From assembly GCA_964596425.1 (NCBI GenBank), contig CAZQTC010000023.1, forward strand, positions 581,367 to 645,366: a DNA stretch of 64,000 nt, in the 5' to 3' direction. Every line of letters begins with the position of its first letter. Position 1 is the first letter of the stretch. Under the pieces are notes generated by a model. It saw only the letters and a list, made by a program, of their open reading frames with translations, ran no database searches and was not told the DNA's origin. Shown here piece by piece: positions 1 through 12,200 of this stretch. The stretch is from an uncultured Spirochaetales bacterium (lineage in GTDB: Bacteria; Spirochaetota; Spirochaetia; SZUA-6). Position numbers and translations under genes: made by a program.

Positions 1-333
1 TCTGTTTATCAAGCTATCAGGTTCATTGTAGATGTGGCGTCGTTCGGAATGTCCCAAAATCACCACCGAAACCCCTACATCTTTAAGCATTCGCACCGAA
101 ACTTCACCAGTATGGGCCCCTTCCTCCTCGGGGCCCATATTCTGTGCACCTAACAATATATTGCTACCCTTAACTATCTCACTAACGGATTTCAGTGCGG
201 TAAACGGGGGGGCTATCATAATTTTTTTTCCTCTCTCATTCGAGAGACTAGAAACAAGGCCTTTTGCCAGTTCTACAGCCTCCCCAATTGTTTTATGCAT
301 CTTCCAATTACCAGCAATAAAAATCTTTCTCAT
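1..333 (-). CDS. tpiA: Triosephosphate isomerase, N-terminal 111 aa; gene continues beyond the window start
   Basis: Reverse translation from ATG at 333-331 gives [15 protein letters not shown]...GHSERR, the TIM signature; ATG overlaps the pgk stop (ATGA); classic gap-pgk-tpi order. Confidence 0.85.
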   Translation of the reverse strand, partial: MRKIFIAGNWKMHKTIGEAVELAKGLVSSLSNERGKKIMIAPPFTALKSVSEIVKGSNILLGAQNMGPEEEGAHTGEVSVRMLKDVGVSVVILGHSERRHIYNEPDSLINR

Positions 334-1514
334 ACTGACTCCAATACCTTTATTCCAGGAAGTTCTTTCCCCTCAAGATATTCAAGAGAGGCGCCACCTC
401 CCGTTGACACATGATCAATTTTATCCGCAAGACCGAACTTATTAACGGCAGCTACAGAGTCACCACCTCCTACCACCGTAGTTCCCTTACATTCAGCAAC
501 CATCTTTGCCACCTCAAGCGTTCCATTGGCAAAATTGTCAAATTCGAACACCCCTAACGGTCCGTTCCACACAACTGTTTTTGCGTTGGCTATGACATCT
601 CTGTATGTATCAAGTGTTTTTTTACCGATATCCATTCCGATTTTCCCCTCGGGAATATCAACAGAACCAACATATTCGGCCTCTGCATTCTCAGAGAACT
701 CACTAGCAACAAGATGATCCTGGGGAAGAAGCACCTTAACACCAAGCTCGGAGGCTTTGTCGAGAAGTTTCTTTGCCGTATCCAGGAACTCTTCTTCCAG
801 AAGAGATTTGCCTATGCTATGCCCCAAAACCTTCAAAAACGTATATGACATCCCTCCGCCAATTATTAAGGTATTAACATTCTTCAACAGAGACTCCAAA
901 ACTCCAATCTTGGTAGATACCTTAGCCCCACCGATTATAGCAACAAATGGTTTCTCCGGGTTCTCAACAACCCCACCCAAAAACTTTATCTCCTTCTCCA
1001 TCAAAAACCCAGCAACTGCCGGGAGGTAATGGGCCACCCCCTCGGTAGAGGCGTGTGCCCTATGAGCAGTACCAAATGCATCATTCACATATATCTCTCC
1101 AAGAGAGGCAAGTTTTTTTGCAAATTCCGAATCATTTTTCTCTTCTTCTGCGTGGAATCTAAGGTTTTCTAGCAATAACACCTCTCCTGCCCCAAGTTCC
1201 TTAGCCATCTTTTCGACCTCTTCACCTATACAATCAGGGGCCATTTTAACCTCCCGACCAAGGAGGTTACTTAAATGCTTTGCTACAGGTTTGAGACTAA
1301 GTTCTGGCTTCACACTCCCCTTGGGCCTTCCAAGATGGCTCATTAATACGAGCGAGACCCCCTCCTGATCAAGAATATACTTAATCGTAGGAAGAGCCGC
1401 TCTTATTCGCGTATCATCGGTTATTACGCCATCTTTAACAGGAACGTTGAAATCCGCTCTCATCAAAACCCGCTTATTCTTCAAATCTATATCTCTGACC
1501 GTTTTCTTGGCCAT
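330..1514 (-). CDS. pgk: Phosphoglycerate kinase
   Basis: 394-aa ORF with full-length PGK-like sequence (FNVP...GGGASLE...); lies between gap and tpiA. Confidence 0.95.
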   Translation of the reverse strand: MAKKTVRDIDLKNKRVLMRADFNVPVKDGVITDDTRIRAALPTIKYILDQEGVSLVLMSHLGRPKGSVKPELSLKPVAKHLSNLLGREVKMAPDCIGEEVEKMAKELGAGEVLLLENLRFHAEEEKNDSEFAKKLASLGEIYVNDAFGTAHRAHASTEGVAHYLPAVAGFLMEKEIKFLGGVVENPEKPFVAIIGGAKVSTKIGVLESLLKNVNTLIIGGGMSYTFLKVLGHSIGKSLLEEEFLDTAKKLLDKASELGVKVLLPQDHLVASEFSENAEAEYVGSVDIPEGKIGMDIGKKTLDTYRDVIANAKTVVWNGPLGVFEFDNFANGTLEVAKMVAECKGTTVVGGGDSVAAVNKFGLADKIDHVSTGGGASLEYLEGKELPGIKVLESV

Positions 1515-1544
1515 AACTATCTCCTTATTTTTTTACAGACATAA

Positions 1545-2540
<996 letters not shown>

Positions 2541-2580
2541 TTAGTACCCCCTGTATCATTTTATTTTCTTACTTAGTGAG

Positions 2581-2609
2581 AATATATGAAAAAGAAAAAG
2601 CTCTGTCAA
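2581..2609 (-). promoter_or_regulatory. Sigma70-like promoter for gap-pgk-tpiA: TTGACA-17 nt-TATATT read on the minus strand
   Basis: Minus-strand TTGACA (2609-2604), 17-nt spacer, TATATT (2586-2581), about 40 nt upstream of the gap start. Confidence 0.45.
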
Positions 2610-2616
2610 TTAATAT

Positions 2617-4617
2617 TTAAAGTCCAAGTATCTTATTTAAAAAGCCTTTGCCCTTCTCCGTTTTCTCCGAGTTTTTTTTCTCTTCCTTGGGTGGATATAT
2701 CACATTGTCACCAGGATTAACCATATCAAAAAATGAATTATTGACTATGTTTCCCTCTGCAACTCTCTCGTCCACACCAGTAACCCTAAATTTCCCAAGA
2801 ACATCATCCTTTTTAAATTTCAACCCCATTCCGGAAGAAATAACACTTAAGGCATCTTTTTTAACAATCAACAGTTCATCATTCTTCTTAACACCATCCA
2901 TGGCTCCCAAATCAATTAACCCTCTATTAAATTCTTTTTTCACTATTCGCCCTCTGATAGGAAAAACAGCATCAAGTTTTTTGGTTATAGAAATAACGGC
3001 ATCTCGGACCCTATCATTGCCGGTTCTATATTCCTCGAAAGATTTAAGTTTTGAGCCTGTATTAGAATAATAAATATCACCATGCACAGAAAAACTTCGT
3101 TCCAGCTCTTCGTAACGTAGAATCAAAAAATAATCCACATCACTCTCTCTAGCAATCCTAAAAGCCTCGCTAAAATCTCTTACCAGGTTCTCTTTTACGA
3201 TATCGATATTATCAAAGGCACTTAAGAAATCTCCGAAATATTTTATAAAATCTTTCTCAAAAAACGGATGAAATTTCTCAGTTGAATTAGATTCAGATCT
3301 TAGCATGAAAAGCACAACCCTGTATTTCTGTCTCTCAAGAGAGTACTGATCCACTCCCCATTTCCTCGCTATACTTTCACTATCGAGGTTACTATAAATC
3401 TCTATTTCGTCACCTATATATGTATCGTTATACCCCAAATTTCTAAGCACCCTAAGCTCCGTTAAATATTTTATGGGATATCCTTGCATCTTAAAAATTT
3501 TTGCAAAACTAAGGCGAGCCTCTCTGGAATCTGGTTTCAGGATCAATGCCCTCCTATACTCCTCTTTTGCTGTCTCTATATAGTTCCTCGATTCAAGAAG
3601 TTTTCCCCTCTCATAGTGATAATTGCTCAGGCGTTGTCGTACCGCGCTTAATTTTTTGCTTTTAGAAACATCTTTCTCACCAGCTTCCTTCTTGTCAGGA
3701 ATAACAATATTTTCAAGTACGATACGAGCTACCTCATCCTCGGGATGTATACTTAAAAGTGACAGGAAAGTGTTGATAGCATCATTCAAATCTCCCATAT
3801 CCCTATATGCTAGACCTAAAAGATACCATCCAAGTTTGTGGGTTCTGCTTTCAGCGATAATCTTCTTGGCGTATCGAACCGCACTAGAATAATCCTTTTC
3901 AATTATATATAGCTCAGTAATTGTAATAAGTGCATCGAGAAACGATGGATTTAGAGACAGAGCAATTTTCAAATGCTTCATTGCCTCATCATACCTTCCC
4001 TCTTCTATCAAATGGCGGCCTGCTATCAGATGAACCCTCGGATTATCCGAATGATAACGAAGTGCCAATTCCAAATACTTATTGGAGGTTGCCCTATCAC
4101 CCAGCTCATCATATATTAACGCAAGAGAAAGAAGTGCCTTTTGGTTATCCGGGGCAATTTTCAAAGTTTCTATGTAACGCTTCGCTGCTGCACTCTTCTG
4201 TCCATTCGCAATATCCAGTTCTGCAAGTCCGAATTTGGCATTAATATTATTGGGTTCTCGTTTCAGAATGCTATTAAATATTTCTCGTGCCCTGTCGAGC
4301 TCCCCCAACCCTATTCGAATTTCTCCCTCAAGGGTAAGAAGTTCTATACTACCACTATTGTACTTCTCGGCTTTCTTCACGTAATTCAAAGCCTCTTCAT
4401 ACTGGCCCATGAGAAAAAAGCAACGCGCCAAACCCTCCATCGGCCTGTAATAGTGAGGATTCAATCTAAGAGAGGCCTTGAAATTTTCAATGGCGGTATC
4501 AAGTTTTCCCGTAGCAAGGGCCTTTTGTCCCTCTCTGTAAAATTCAATAGCACTTTCAGCAAATGACAGAGAGAGGAATACCAAAAAAATAGAGAGGAAG
4601 AGAAATATTCGTTTCAA
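2617..4617 (-). CDS. Secreted TPR-repeat protein; signal peptide, about 10 TPRs, C-terminal domain of unknown function
   Basis: 666 aa; N-terminal hydrophobic signal MKRIFLFLSIFLVFLSLSFA; repeated A/L/Y TPR-like motifs (NPHYY, EEALNYVKKA, etc.). Confidence 0.75.
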   Translation of the reverse strand: MKRIFLFLSIFLVFLSLSFAESAIEFYREGQKALATGKLDTAIENFKASLRLNPHYYRPMEGLARCFFLMGQYEEALNYVKKAEKYNSGSIELLTLEGEIRIGLGELDRAREIFNSILKREPNNINAKFGLAELDIANGQKSAAAKRYIETLKIAPDNQKALLSLALIYDELGDRATSNKYLELALRYHSDNPRVHLIAGRHLIEEGRYDEAMKHLKIALSLNPSFLDALITITELYIIEKDYSSAVRYAKKIIAESRTHKLGWYLLGLAYRDMGDLNDAINTFLSLLSIHPEDEVARIVLENIVIPDKKEAGEKDVSKSKKLSAVRQRLSNYHYERGKLLESRNYIETAKEEYRRALILKPDSREARLSFAKIFKMQGYPIKYLTELRVLRNLGYNDTYIGDEIEIYSNLDSESIARKWGVDQYSLERQKYRVVLFMLRSESNSTEKFHPFFEKDFIKYFGDFLSAFDNIDIVKENLVRDFSEAFRIARESDVDYFLILRYEELERSFSVHGDIYYSNTGSKLKSFEEYRTGNDRVRDAVISITKKLDAVFPIRGRIVKKEFNRGLIDLGAMDGVKKNDELLIVKKDALSVISSGMGLKFKKDDVLGKFRVTGVDERVAEGNIVNNSFFDMVNPGDNVIYPPKEEKKNSEKTEKGKGFLNKILGL

Positions 4618-4620
4618 AGG

Positions 4621-5418
4621 TTACCCCTCGGTGTTCACAATAATTTTGACAGTTCCAATCTTATGACCCTCCATGTTGTTAACTATAAAATCAATATTCT
4701 TATACCTGACCTTTTCGTATTTTACAGGAATCTTGCCTAAGAGATCAAAAACAAAACCACCCAAGGTATCGAAATTATCCTCTGGAAGATCTAAGTTCAG
4801 CTTAGCATTGAGATCCTCAATATTAACCCTGGCATCACAAACGTAGGTGTTGTCATTTATTTTTACAATCTCTTCTACCTCATTATCAAATTCATCCTGA
4901 ATATCTCCTACAATTTCTTCTATTATGTCTTCCAAACATACAATACCAGATGTCCCCCCATATTCATCGACAACGATAGCTATATGCACCTTCCGCCTCT
5001 TAAACTCCTTTAGTAGGGAATCGATACGCTTGCTCTCCGGAACGAAGTAAGGAGTACGCATAAGTTTTTCCAGATCAATCTCGTTATTGGTTGCTTCTCT
5101 ATTGTTTTCAATCAGGTATCTCAAGAGATCTTTGGCATAGAGGATCCCAACAATATCGTCAATTGTTTCTCTATAAATTGGTACTCTTGAATGTCCGCAT
5201 TCGGCCATTGTCTGAAGTAATTCATCAGTAGAAACATCGAGGGGTAAAAGTACAACATCAATTCTGGGGACCATAACTTCTTTAACTGTAGTCTCGGAGA
5301 GTTTTACAATCCCCTTAATCATATCCTTTTCTTCTAAATCTAGTTTTTTCAAATTCTCCTCTTCATCTTCTCCATTTTTACCGAGTATTTTCTCAAAAAA
5401 ACTCATTCGCCGTTTCAA
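4621..5418 (-). CDS. CorC/HlyC-family protein; CBS pair plus CorC_HlyC transporter-associated domain, no TM region
   Basis: 265 aa; CBS-pair pattern and C-terminal CorC-like region; 4-bp overlap with ybeY; ybeY-ybeX-like pairing is conserved. Confidence 0.8.
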   Translation of the reverse strand: MKRRMSFFEKILGKNGEDEEENLKKLDLEEKDMIKGIVKLSETTVKEVMVPRIDVVLLPLDVSTDELLQTMAECGHSRVPIYRETIDDIVGILYAKDLLRYLIENNREATNNEIDLEKLMRTPYFVPESKRIDSLLKEFKRRKVHIAIVVDEYGGTSGIVCLEDIIEEIVGDIQDEFDNEVEEIVKINDNTYVCDARVNIEDLNAKLNLDLPEDNFDTLGGFVFDLLGKIPVKYEKVRYKNIDFIVNNMEGHKIGTVKIIVNTEG

Positions 5419-5882
5419 AACAGTTTATCCTCCATAAGCTTTTTTAATATTCTTTCTTGAATTTCTATCATCTCACTTGTTTCAGAACTATCATTATGTT
5501 CCATACCAATCAAATGCAAAATTCCATGAGTTATCACCCTCCTTATTTCTTCTTCATAGGTTACATTAAACTCTTTTGCATTTTCCCTAACAACATCCAA
5601 AGAAATGGCAATATCACCCAAAAAACTTTCTTCACCATCAAATTCGCGAATACCATCAGCTATCGGTTCCTCCAATTGAGAGAAGGATAACACATCGGTA
5701 GGATAATCTTTGCCACGGTAACTCCTATTTAGCTCTTGAATTCTCTTTTTACTACAGAGAAGTATTGCGATTTCCACATTATTGAGATTCAATTCCCTCA
5801 GAACATCAAGGGCAAATTTTTCCAGATTTTTACTCCATTGTGGGGGATCACCATCCTCTGTAAGTATTTCGACCTGGTTCAT
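5415..5882 (-). CDS. ybeY: Endoribonuclease YbeY (rRNA maturation factor)
   Basis: 155 aa with the HGxLHLxGxxH zinc motif (HGILHLIGMEH). Confidence 0.9.
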   Translation of the reverse strand: MNQVEILTEDGDPPQWSKNLEKFALDVLRELNLNNVEIAILLCSKKRIQELNRSYRGKDYPTDVLSFSQLEEPIADGIREFDGEESFLGDIAISLDVVRENAKEFNVTYEEEIRRVITHGILHLIGMEHNDSSETSEMIEIQERILKKLMEDKLF

Positions 5883-8120
5883 CTACCTCTGATCCTTTAC
5901 ACTATTCTCTTTAATTTTCGGATACTCTATCCGAGTATGAAAATACCCGGCAAGTATCTGAACAAAACTTTTCTTTATCACTTCCAAATCTCTTAGAGTT
6001 AGCTCACTCTCGCTAAGTTCTCCAGCCGTAAATTTTTCCATTATTATATCCCACACCAATCGTTCAAGTTTCGCCACACTGGGGCGTTTGAGAGTCCTGG
6101 AGGCAGCTTCCACTTGATCGGCAAGCATCACAACCGCAGCTTCTTTCGATTTCGGTCTCTCACCCGGATACGAATAGTCCTCTGGAGAAATTTTACTATT
6201 CTTCTCCTCATCCTTTGCCCTCTGATAAAAGTATTTTATCAAAGTCTTCCCGTGATGTTGAGCTATAATATCAATTATCACCCTTGGCAGTTTTAATTCT
6301 TTGCCCTTCTCTATTCCTATTTTTACATGCGATTTTATAACAGCAACGGAGAGACTTGGTTTCAGCTCATCGTGTTTATTAAAGGAGCGTTGATTCTCCA
6401 CAAAATATTCAGCCTGATCTACCTTCCCTATATCGTGATAGTAGGCACCTACTCTTGCAATTAACGGATTAGCACCTATCTCCCTACAGGCAAGCTCTGC
6501 CAGATTAGCTACTATTATAGAGTGATTGTATGTGCCCGGAGCAAGCATCAACATTCTCTTTAAAGCCGGAGCATTTAGATCGGATAACTCCATTAACTTA
6601 AAGCGTGTAGGATTACTGATAAACTGCTCTAAAATGGGAAGAAATCCGAGGCTTAAAATACCGCAAAAGAATCCATTCCCAATTGCCCATATTGTTGCGA
6701 TGAAAAATCTATAGAAATCATAATTCTTAAAAAACCCAATTGTCACAACTATAAATACGTTTAAAAAGGATATATTGATCCCGGCAAGTACAAGATCTAT
6801 CCTTTTGTCGGCACGTTGCACAGAGGCAGTTCCAGCTACCCCAGACAAGAAGGCAAAGAGAAAAGCATAGATATCCATCCGCCTTACTGACAATACCAAA
6901 AGGCCCATGATCAACGAAAATATTATACCTACATTGGTAGAGATCAATATGGTAATCGTAATTGAAACAGCCGCTGTGGGTAAAACCACGGAAAATGGAA
7001 GCCATTCACTAATTCCATCTACTCTGTTGAAAATTACAGCTATAACAAGATAAACAAAGAGCAATCCGGTAATCAAATATAGTTCATCTCTCTCAAGAGA
7101 ATGATTTAGAACTTTACTGCTTAATAGAAAAAGCACGAGAATAAATACAAGGGCAAGAAAAAATAGAGAACCTACTATATTCATTATGTTTAGCTGTAAT
7201 GTGTATTCACCTATGGCATCTATCTCTGCTTTTATCGTTGGTGTAATTATATCGCCCTTTCTTACTATTACCTGCCCCTTAACAAGGCGAACCATTACCG
7301 GCTCGACCTCACTTAAAATTTTTTGTTTCCGTTTGGAAGTTTCGCTTTCACTGTAAAAACAATCAACCCTGGAAAAACCCGAAACTAAAGAAATAACCAA
7401 TAGTTTTTTATCCTTAGTCAATTTAGAAGCTTCTATTTGTTCTGCCAGCCAATTAGTGATATTATTTAAGGAAACAAGTTCCTTTTTGGGAAGTGTTTCC
7501 TTCTCTATTTTCCCATCTCTCCATCTCCAAATTTCTATAGAGTTACTTTTAATATTACCCTTAATCTTCTCAGGTATATCCACTATTCCAAACTGCATAA
7601 CTCTAACAAGCAATCTCCTGCTTATAGAGAGCAAAGCCTCAACGTCATCGTAGGACATTAGCTGTTTAACAGTGTTTTCCTCCACAAAACCCGGTAAAAT
7701 GGACTGTACTTTTAAAAAAGTATTTTCAGGGGCAATTTTGCTATTATAAGAATCGATGATTATTCTGGTAAATTTGTCAAAATCTTTTAAGGTCTTCTCT
7801 ACAATGGAGTTGTTTACCTGAAAAATCGGCACGACAAGCTTTGACTTCGCTTCTCGCTTTAGAGCTGTTGCCCGTTCGTCTTTAAAGGTTATATCGCGAT
7901 CAACTATTATATCTCTGTCGGCTACCATTCCCACCCTATAGTTGGTGTAACGGTCCCTCAGAAATATGTTGTTAAATTGGGAATTAAATATAATCACTGC
8001 AAAAAACAGAATAAAGGCCACTACAGCGAATAGGATATAACCATCGTGGCCAATCAGCTTTATGCGATTTATTATACTACTGAATGGATCGCTATTCTCT
8101 TTCCCGCTCTCTTTCTTCAT
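5883..8120 (-). CDS. 7TM receptor with intracellular HD/HDIG phosphohydrolase domain (YqfF/PgpH-like)
   Basis: 745 aa; N-terminal TM helix, long extracytoplasmic region, 7 TM helices, C-terminal HD domain (YYHDIGK...HHG); sits between phoH and ybeY as in B. subtilis yqfEFG. Confidence 0.85.
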   Translation of the reverse strand: MKKESGKENSDPFSSIINRIKLIGHDGYILFAVVAFILFFAVIIFNSQFNNIFLRDRYTNYRVGMVADRDIIVDRDITFKDERATALKREAKSKLVVPIFQVNNSIVEKTLKDFDKFTRIIIDSYNSKIAPENTFLKVQSILPGFVEENTVKQLMSYDDVEALLSISRRLLVRVMQFGIVDIPEKIKGNIKSNSIEIWRWRDGKIEKETLPKKELVSLNNITNWLAEQIEASKLTKDKKLLVISLVSGFSRVDCFYSESETSKRKQKILSEVEPVMVRLVKGQVIVRKGDIITPTIKAEIDAIGEYTLQLNIMNIVGSLFFLALVFILVLFLLSSKVLNHSLERDELYLITGLLFVYLVIAVIFNRVDGISEWLPFSVVLPTAAVSITITILISTNVGIIFSLIMGLLVLSVRRMDIYAFLFAFLSGVAGTASVQRADKRIDLVLAGINISFLNVFIVVTIGFFKNYDFYRFFIATIWAIGNGFFCGILSLGFLPILEQFISNPTRFKLMELSDLNAPALKRMLMLAPGTYNHSIIVANLAELACREIGANPLIARVGAYYHDIGKVDQAEYFVENQRSFNKHDELKPSLSVAVIKSHVKIGIEKGKELKLPRVIIDIIAQHHGKTLIKYFYQRAKDEEKNSKISPEDYSYPGERPKSKEAAVVMLADQVEAASRTLKRPSVAKLERLVWDIIMEKFTAGELSESELTLRDLEVIKKSFVQILAGYFHTRIEYPKIKENSVKDQR

Positions 8121-9090
8121 TGTCTAAGGTACCATCCGCCTTTTCATATGCGTGTATTATCTTCTTAACCAGTTCATTCCTTACCACATCTTTTTGATCA
8201 AAAAAAACAAAATCAACCTCATCAATACCTCTCAAAATATCAATAACATGAAGCAAACCGGATTGTTTCTGTTTGGGGAGATCAATTTGAGTAATATCAC
8301 CTGTGATCACCGTCTTACTGTTTTCTCCAATTCTTGTCAAAAACATCTTCATCTGTTCTCGTGTGGTATTTTGAGCCTCATCTAGTATAATAAATGAATC
8401 GGAGAGGGTCCTCCCTCTCATATACGCAAGAGGAACTATCTCTATCTTCTTCGTTTCTTCCATTCTTTTAAATACCTCATAGGGTATAAGAGCCTCCATA
8501 GCATCGTAAAGCGGTCGTAAATAAGGATTTATTTTACTTTCCAGATCCCCAGGCAGAAACCCCAGCTTTTCTCCCGCTTCCACAACAGGTCGTGTAAGTA
8601 CAAGTTTTCTAACAGAACGATTTAGTATGTACTTTAGGGCTTCCGCTACAGCCAGGTAAGTTTTCCCCGTCCCTGCAGGCCCTATACCAAAAACCAACTC
8701 ATAGCTCTCAATACTTTCAAGATATCTCTTCTGGTTTCGACTCCTTGGAAAAACTTTTTTTAACCCATTAGGAATGATAACAGACTTGTCAGCTACTCTT
8801 AAATGCTGTCGCTCTACAATTTCTTCGCTTCCAAGAGAATCATGAACCGTCTTAATAAGAGCAGGATCTGGATAGTGTCCGTTTCTTACATACTCGGTAA
8901 GTTCATTTACAAGCCGCTCAAAATCTCCCTTAATTTTCTTATTCTCTGTCTCAAGAAAAATTTCATTTCCCCTAATAAATATTTTAACTCCCAGTATCTC
9001 CTCAAAAACATCTATATTCTGATAATTGACACCCAACAGATCGTTAAGGAGAGTCTGGTTATTAAAGACAATCGTCGAATATCCTCTCAT
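8092..9090 (-). CDS. phoH: PhoH-like ATPase (PhoH/YbeZ)
   Basis: 332 aa; Walker A GPAGTGKTYLA; PhoH family conservation; adjacent to ybeY. Confidence 0.9.
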   Translation of the reverse strand: MRGYSTIVFNNQTLLNDLLGVNYQNIDVFEEILGVKIFIRGNEIFLETENKKIKGDFERLVNELTEYVRNGHYPDPALIKTVHDSLGSEEIVERQHLRVADKSVIIPNGLKKVFPRSRNQKRYLESIESYELVFGIGPAGTGKTYLAVAEALKYILNRSVRKLVLTRPVVEAGEKLGFLPGDLESKINPYLRPLYDAMEALIPYEVFKRMEETKKIEIVPLAYMRGRTLSDSFIILDEAQNTTREQMKMFLTRIGENSKTVITGDITQIDLPKQKQSGLLHVIDILRGIDEVDFVFFDQKDVVRNELVKKIIHAYEKADGTLDNEERERERE

Positions 9091-9230
9091 TTATCCTGTG
9101 TATCAATCTTATCTTCAACTTTCCAATAAAGTCAAGTCCGCAAATTCAAATCTACCAATCTTAAATTTAAACATTGGCAGAGAAATTAGCAACTCGGGAT
9201 AATACCGATTTAAAAGTTTTAAAGTTTTAA

Positions 9231-12200
9231 TCACCCTCCCCCAATATCAAAACCTGTAGAAGTCTCTTCTACTCTAGCTTTTATTTGAGGTATTGCATTC
9301 CATTTCACAAAAATAGAAAATGTGGGCTCCCAAACATATCTCCGCGTACCATCATTCTCAGTTTTAAGAGTAGGGCTTCCACTATACTGAACTGACACAT
9401 CCCAATCATGAAGGTGGTGTATCATTCTAAAGGAGAGGTTTTTTATTTTGAATGATGAGGCATACCTATCCTCTATATTGAAAAAATTGAAGGAACGTAA
9501 CAAATCGGATAGTGGATTTACCCACTTCATATCAACACCCTCTGCCATCGAGGGAATATAGAGATAAGTATGTCGGTTGTACGATTCTGAAGAAAAGGCT
9601 AACTCAAGAAATTTATAAATAGAGAGGTTAAATTTAAAGAGAAAATTAAAATTATTATCAGAATATTTCTGAATGTTAATATGCCAATTAGTGCTAAGTG
9701 CAAATGAAAGCTTAATCCTATTTTTCCAAAAGTAATAGCTAACCCCTGGTAAATTGTAGCGAAGGGCGACTACTGAGGGGAGGAGAATTCTTTCAGTCCC
9801 AACAGTCTCACCATAAGGATTTATAGGGTACATGTATTGGAGAAGAAGACTGGCAGATAGTCCATAGAGAATAAATTCGAAATTAATCTGCTCAAAATTT
9901 TCCTTGTTCAGATTGTACGTAAAACCAGAGTGAAGAGAAAAATCTTTGCAAAAATCAACCTGTTCGCTAAACACAAATGGGTCAAAAACCTCTTTACCCT
10001 CAACAAAAGAGAGGCCGGCCTGCGATGTGGTAGTGAATATCCAGTTTTTTAGATTGAGATTTGTGATAATCTTTTGATCCAATGGAGGAAGATTATACTG
10101 TAACGAGAGAGAGTAGGAATCATTTGATACACCGTATTTAAAAAGGGCCGAGATATTGTGTGTCAAAAAGAAATCTTTTGTAAAACTGACACCAACGCCA
10201 GAATACATTGGTACATTGCCCACCACTCCGTTATACCTAAGCGTGTAGAGAAGAAGTGAGAGATTATAGCTTATTCCCGTTTCCTTGAATCCCTCAGATA
10301 GTATAAAAGGCTTAAAAGACAGACCCAAAGAATCTTTAAGATTTAACTGTCGCTGCTTGTAATCATTGATTAAAAGGGTATTCCACTCAGAGATAGGTAA
10401 ATCCGCCGCTTTGTTAAATCTGGAATTGTATACCCCACTCAGAATGATACTGTTCCCAAGGCCTAGCAGGTTCCCAAACAAACTAAAATCATTTCGTAGC
10501 GACGAATTCCAATACGTTTGAAGGGTCGAATAAAGAATGGAATAATCTACATCGCTACTCGTTTGCCACGAGGCAGTATCAAACATAGTCTCATAGGTCA
10601 GTTGAGGAGTTATCTGATAGGTTGTACTAATTTTTGAGACTAGATTCGCTTCTCTAACATTAACATCCGGCATAATTTTAGGTACGACAATACCCTTCTC
10701 CACTGTAACAGTACTTTTAACGGTTTGCCCAGTTTGACTTTCTGTCTTGACATTTGTCTTTTTATTAAGAACGCTCTCAATTTCATCAAACTCCAACCCC
10801 TTACCAGGATAATTCCTGTTACCTACTACAATTTTTTCTGGCTTTTTAGCTTCAACGGTAGAGCTACTCCAATCCAATAGAGAACCATTAATTTTCATTG
10901 ATAGTTCTGGCAATTTGAAACTCACCGGGTAATAAAAGTATCGCATAGGATCCACATTCGGTAGAGTACTCTGAATACTCTCCTTACTTCGCAACTGATA
11001 CTTGATATTCAAATATGGAAGAGAGATGGACTTAACAAATTTTGTATGCATATACTTACTAAAGTATTTACTAAAGTCAATTTTAGCCCCTAAAAACCAA
11101 CTAAGAGTATTTCTTGGTGCCAATGTAGTATTATTAATAGATTGTCCGGGATTTAAAATAGAATCCAAAGAAAAACCCTCCGATCTATTGTAGAAATCCT
11201 CTGGGAAAGAAGGATCGGAATATGTTTCAAAATTGCCACTAAGAGAAAAATTCTCTTTGGTTATTCCTAACTTTCCCTCCAAACCAAACCGGAAGGGTAC
11301 TTCCCAGCCAAATAGATTTACGGTATTCCATTTTTCTGCTAATGCCCCGGTAGAATTTACATAATATGGAGTATAAAAAGAGGTTGTTTCATCGTAAAAA
11401 ATATCCCGACTAACCCCAATTCCTCCTTTAAAACTAATTAAATTTTTAAAACTTCCCGCAATTCCAGAAAAACAACCAAGTCGAGAATAAACATCCAGCA
11501 TTACCTTCAAAAAATCCTTATTTACCTGAGGGACACGTTTCCGGGTTTTCCTTAAAAACAAACCTCTAAGCTTTTGCTCGTAATATCCACCGGTTCCTCC
11601 CTCCAACTGTAAAAAGGAAAGAATATTTTGCTGTTGTTTCTTTCTCCCAATCAGATACGTTGTTGTTTGGATAAAATTACCCTCCCTCTGTCTATAACCT
11701 ATTACAGGGTGAAAAAATAATTGGTCTCCGGGATAAAAGAAAAATGGAACAAACATAACCGGTATCCGACCAATATAGAGCACTGCATTTTGAATGGCCC
11801 ACTCCCCCGGGGCTAAAAGCCATATCTTTGTGGCATGAATATGATAATGGGGAGCTTCAAGATTACTACATGAAGTTATATTTCCATTATTCATTATCAC
11901 TATATCGTTTTTGCTCCTTGTAATTTCATCACCGTAAAAATAGAATTTGTTTTTGCTCTCACCTACCTCTTTCTCCGTTAATCCCTTGTAAAAAACACCC
12001 TCCCATGTATTTACATTAAAGGTAAGAGATTCTCCCTTGAAAACTTCCTCTGCATTGTTGCTTATTATTTTATATACAAGGTTCCCCTCGGCAGTAATCA
12101 GATCCTTACTCTGGTTGAACAGAATTTTATCCGCCTTTATCAGATGTGTAATCCCCCTGTCTTTATCCTCCATTTTAAGGACAACATTTCCCCGGAGAGT

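Noticed and set aside
32-445. 137-aa plus-strand ORF at the window start
   Set aside because: Antisense to tpiA and pgk, which have strong coding signal on the minus strand; low-complexity Ser/Pro-rich translation typical of shadow ORFs.
9190-9225. Short tandem repeat AAAGTTTT x2 upstream of phoH / downstream of the lptD-like gene
   Set aside because: Only two copies of an AT-rich 8-mer; consistent with chance in AT-rich intergenic DNA.
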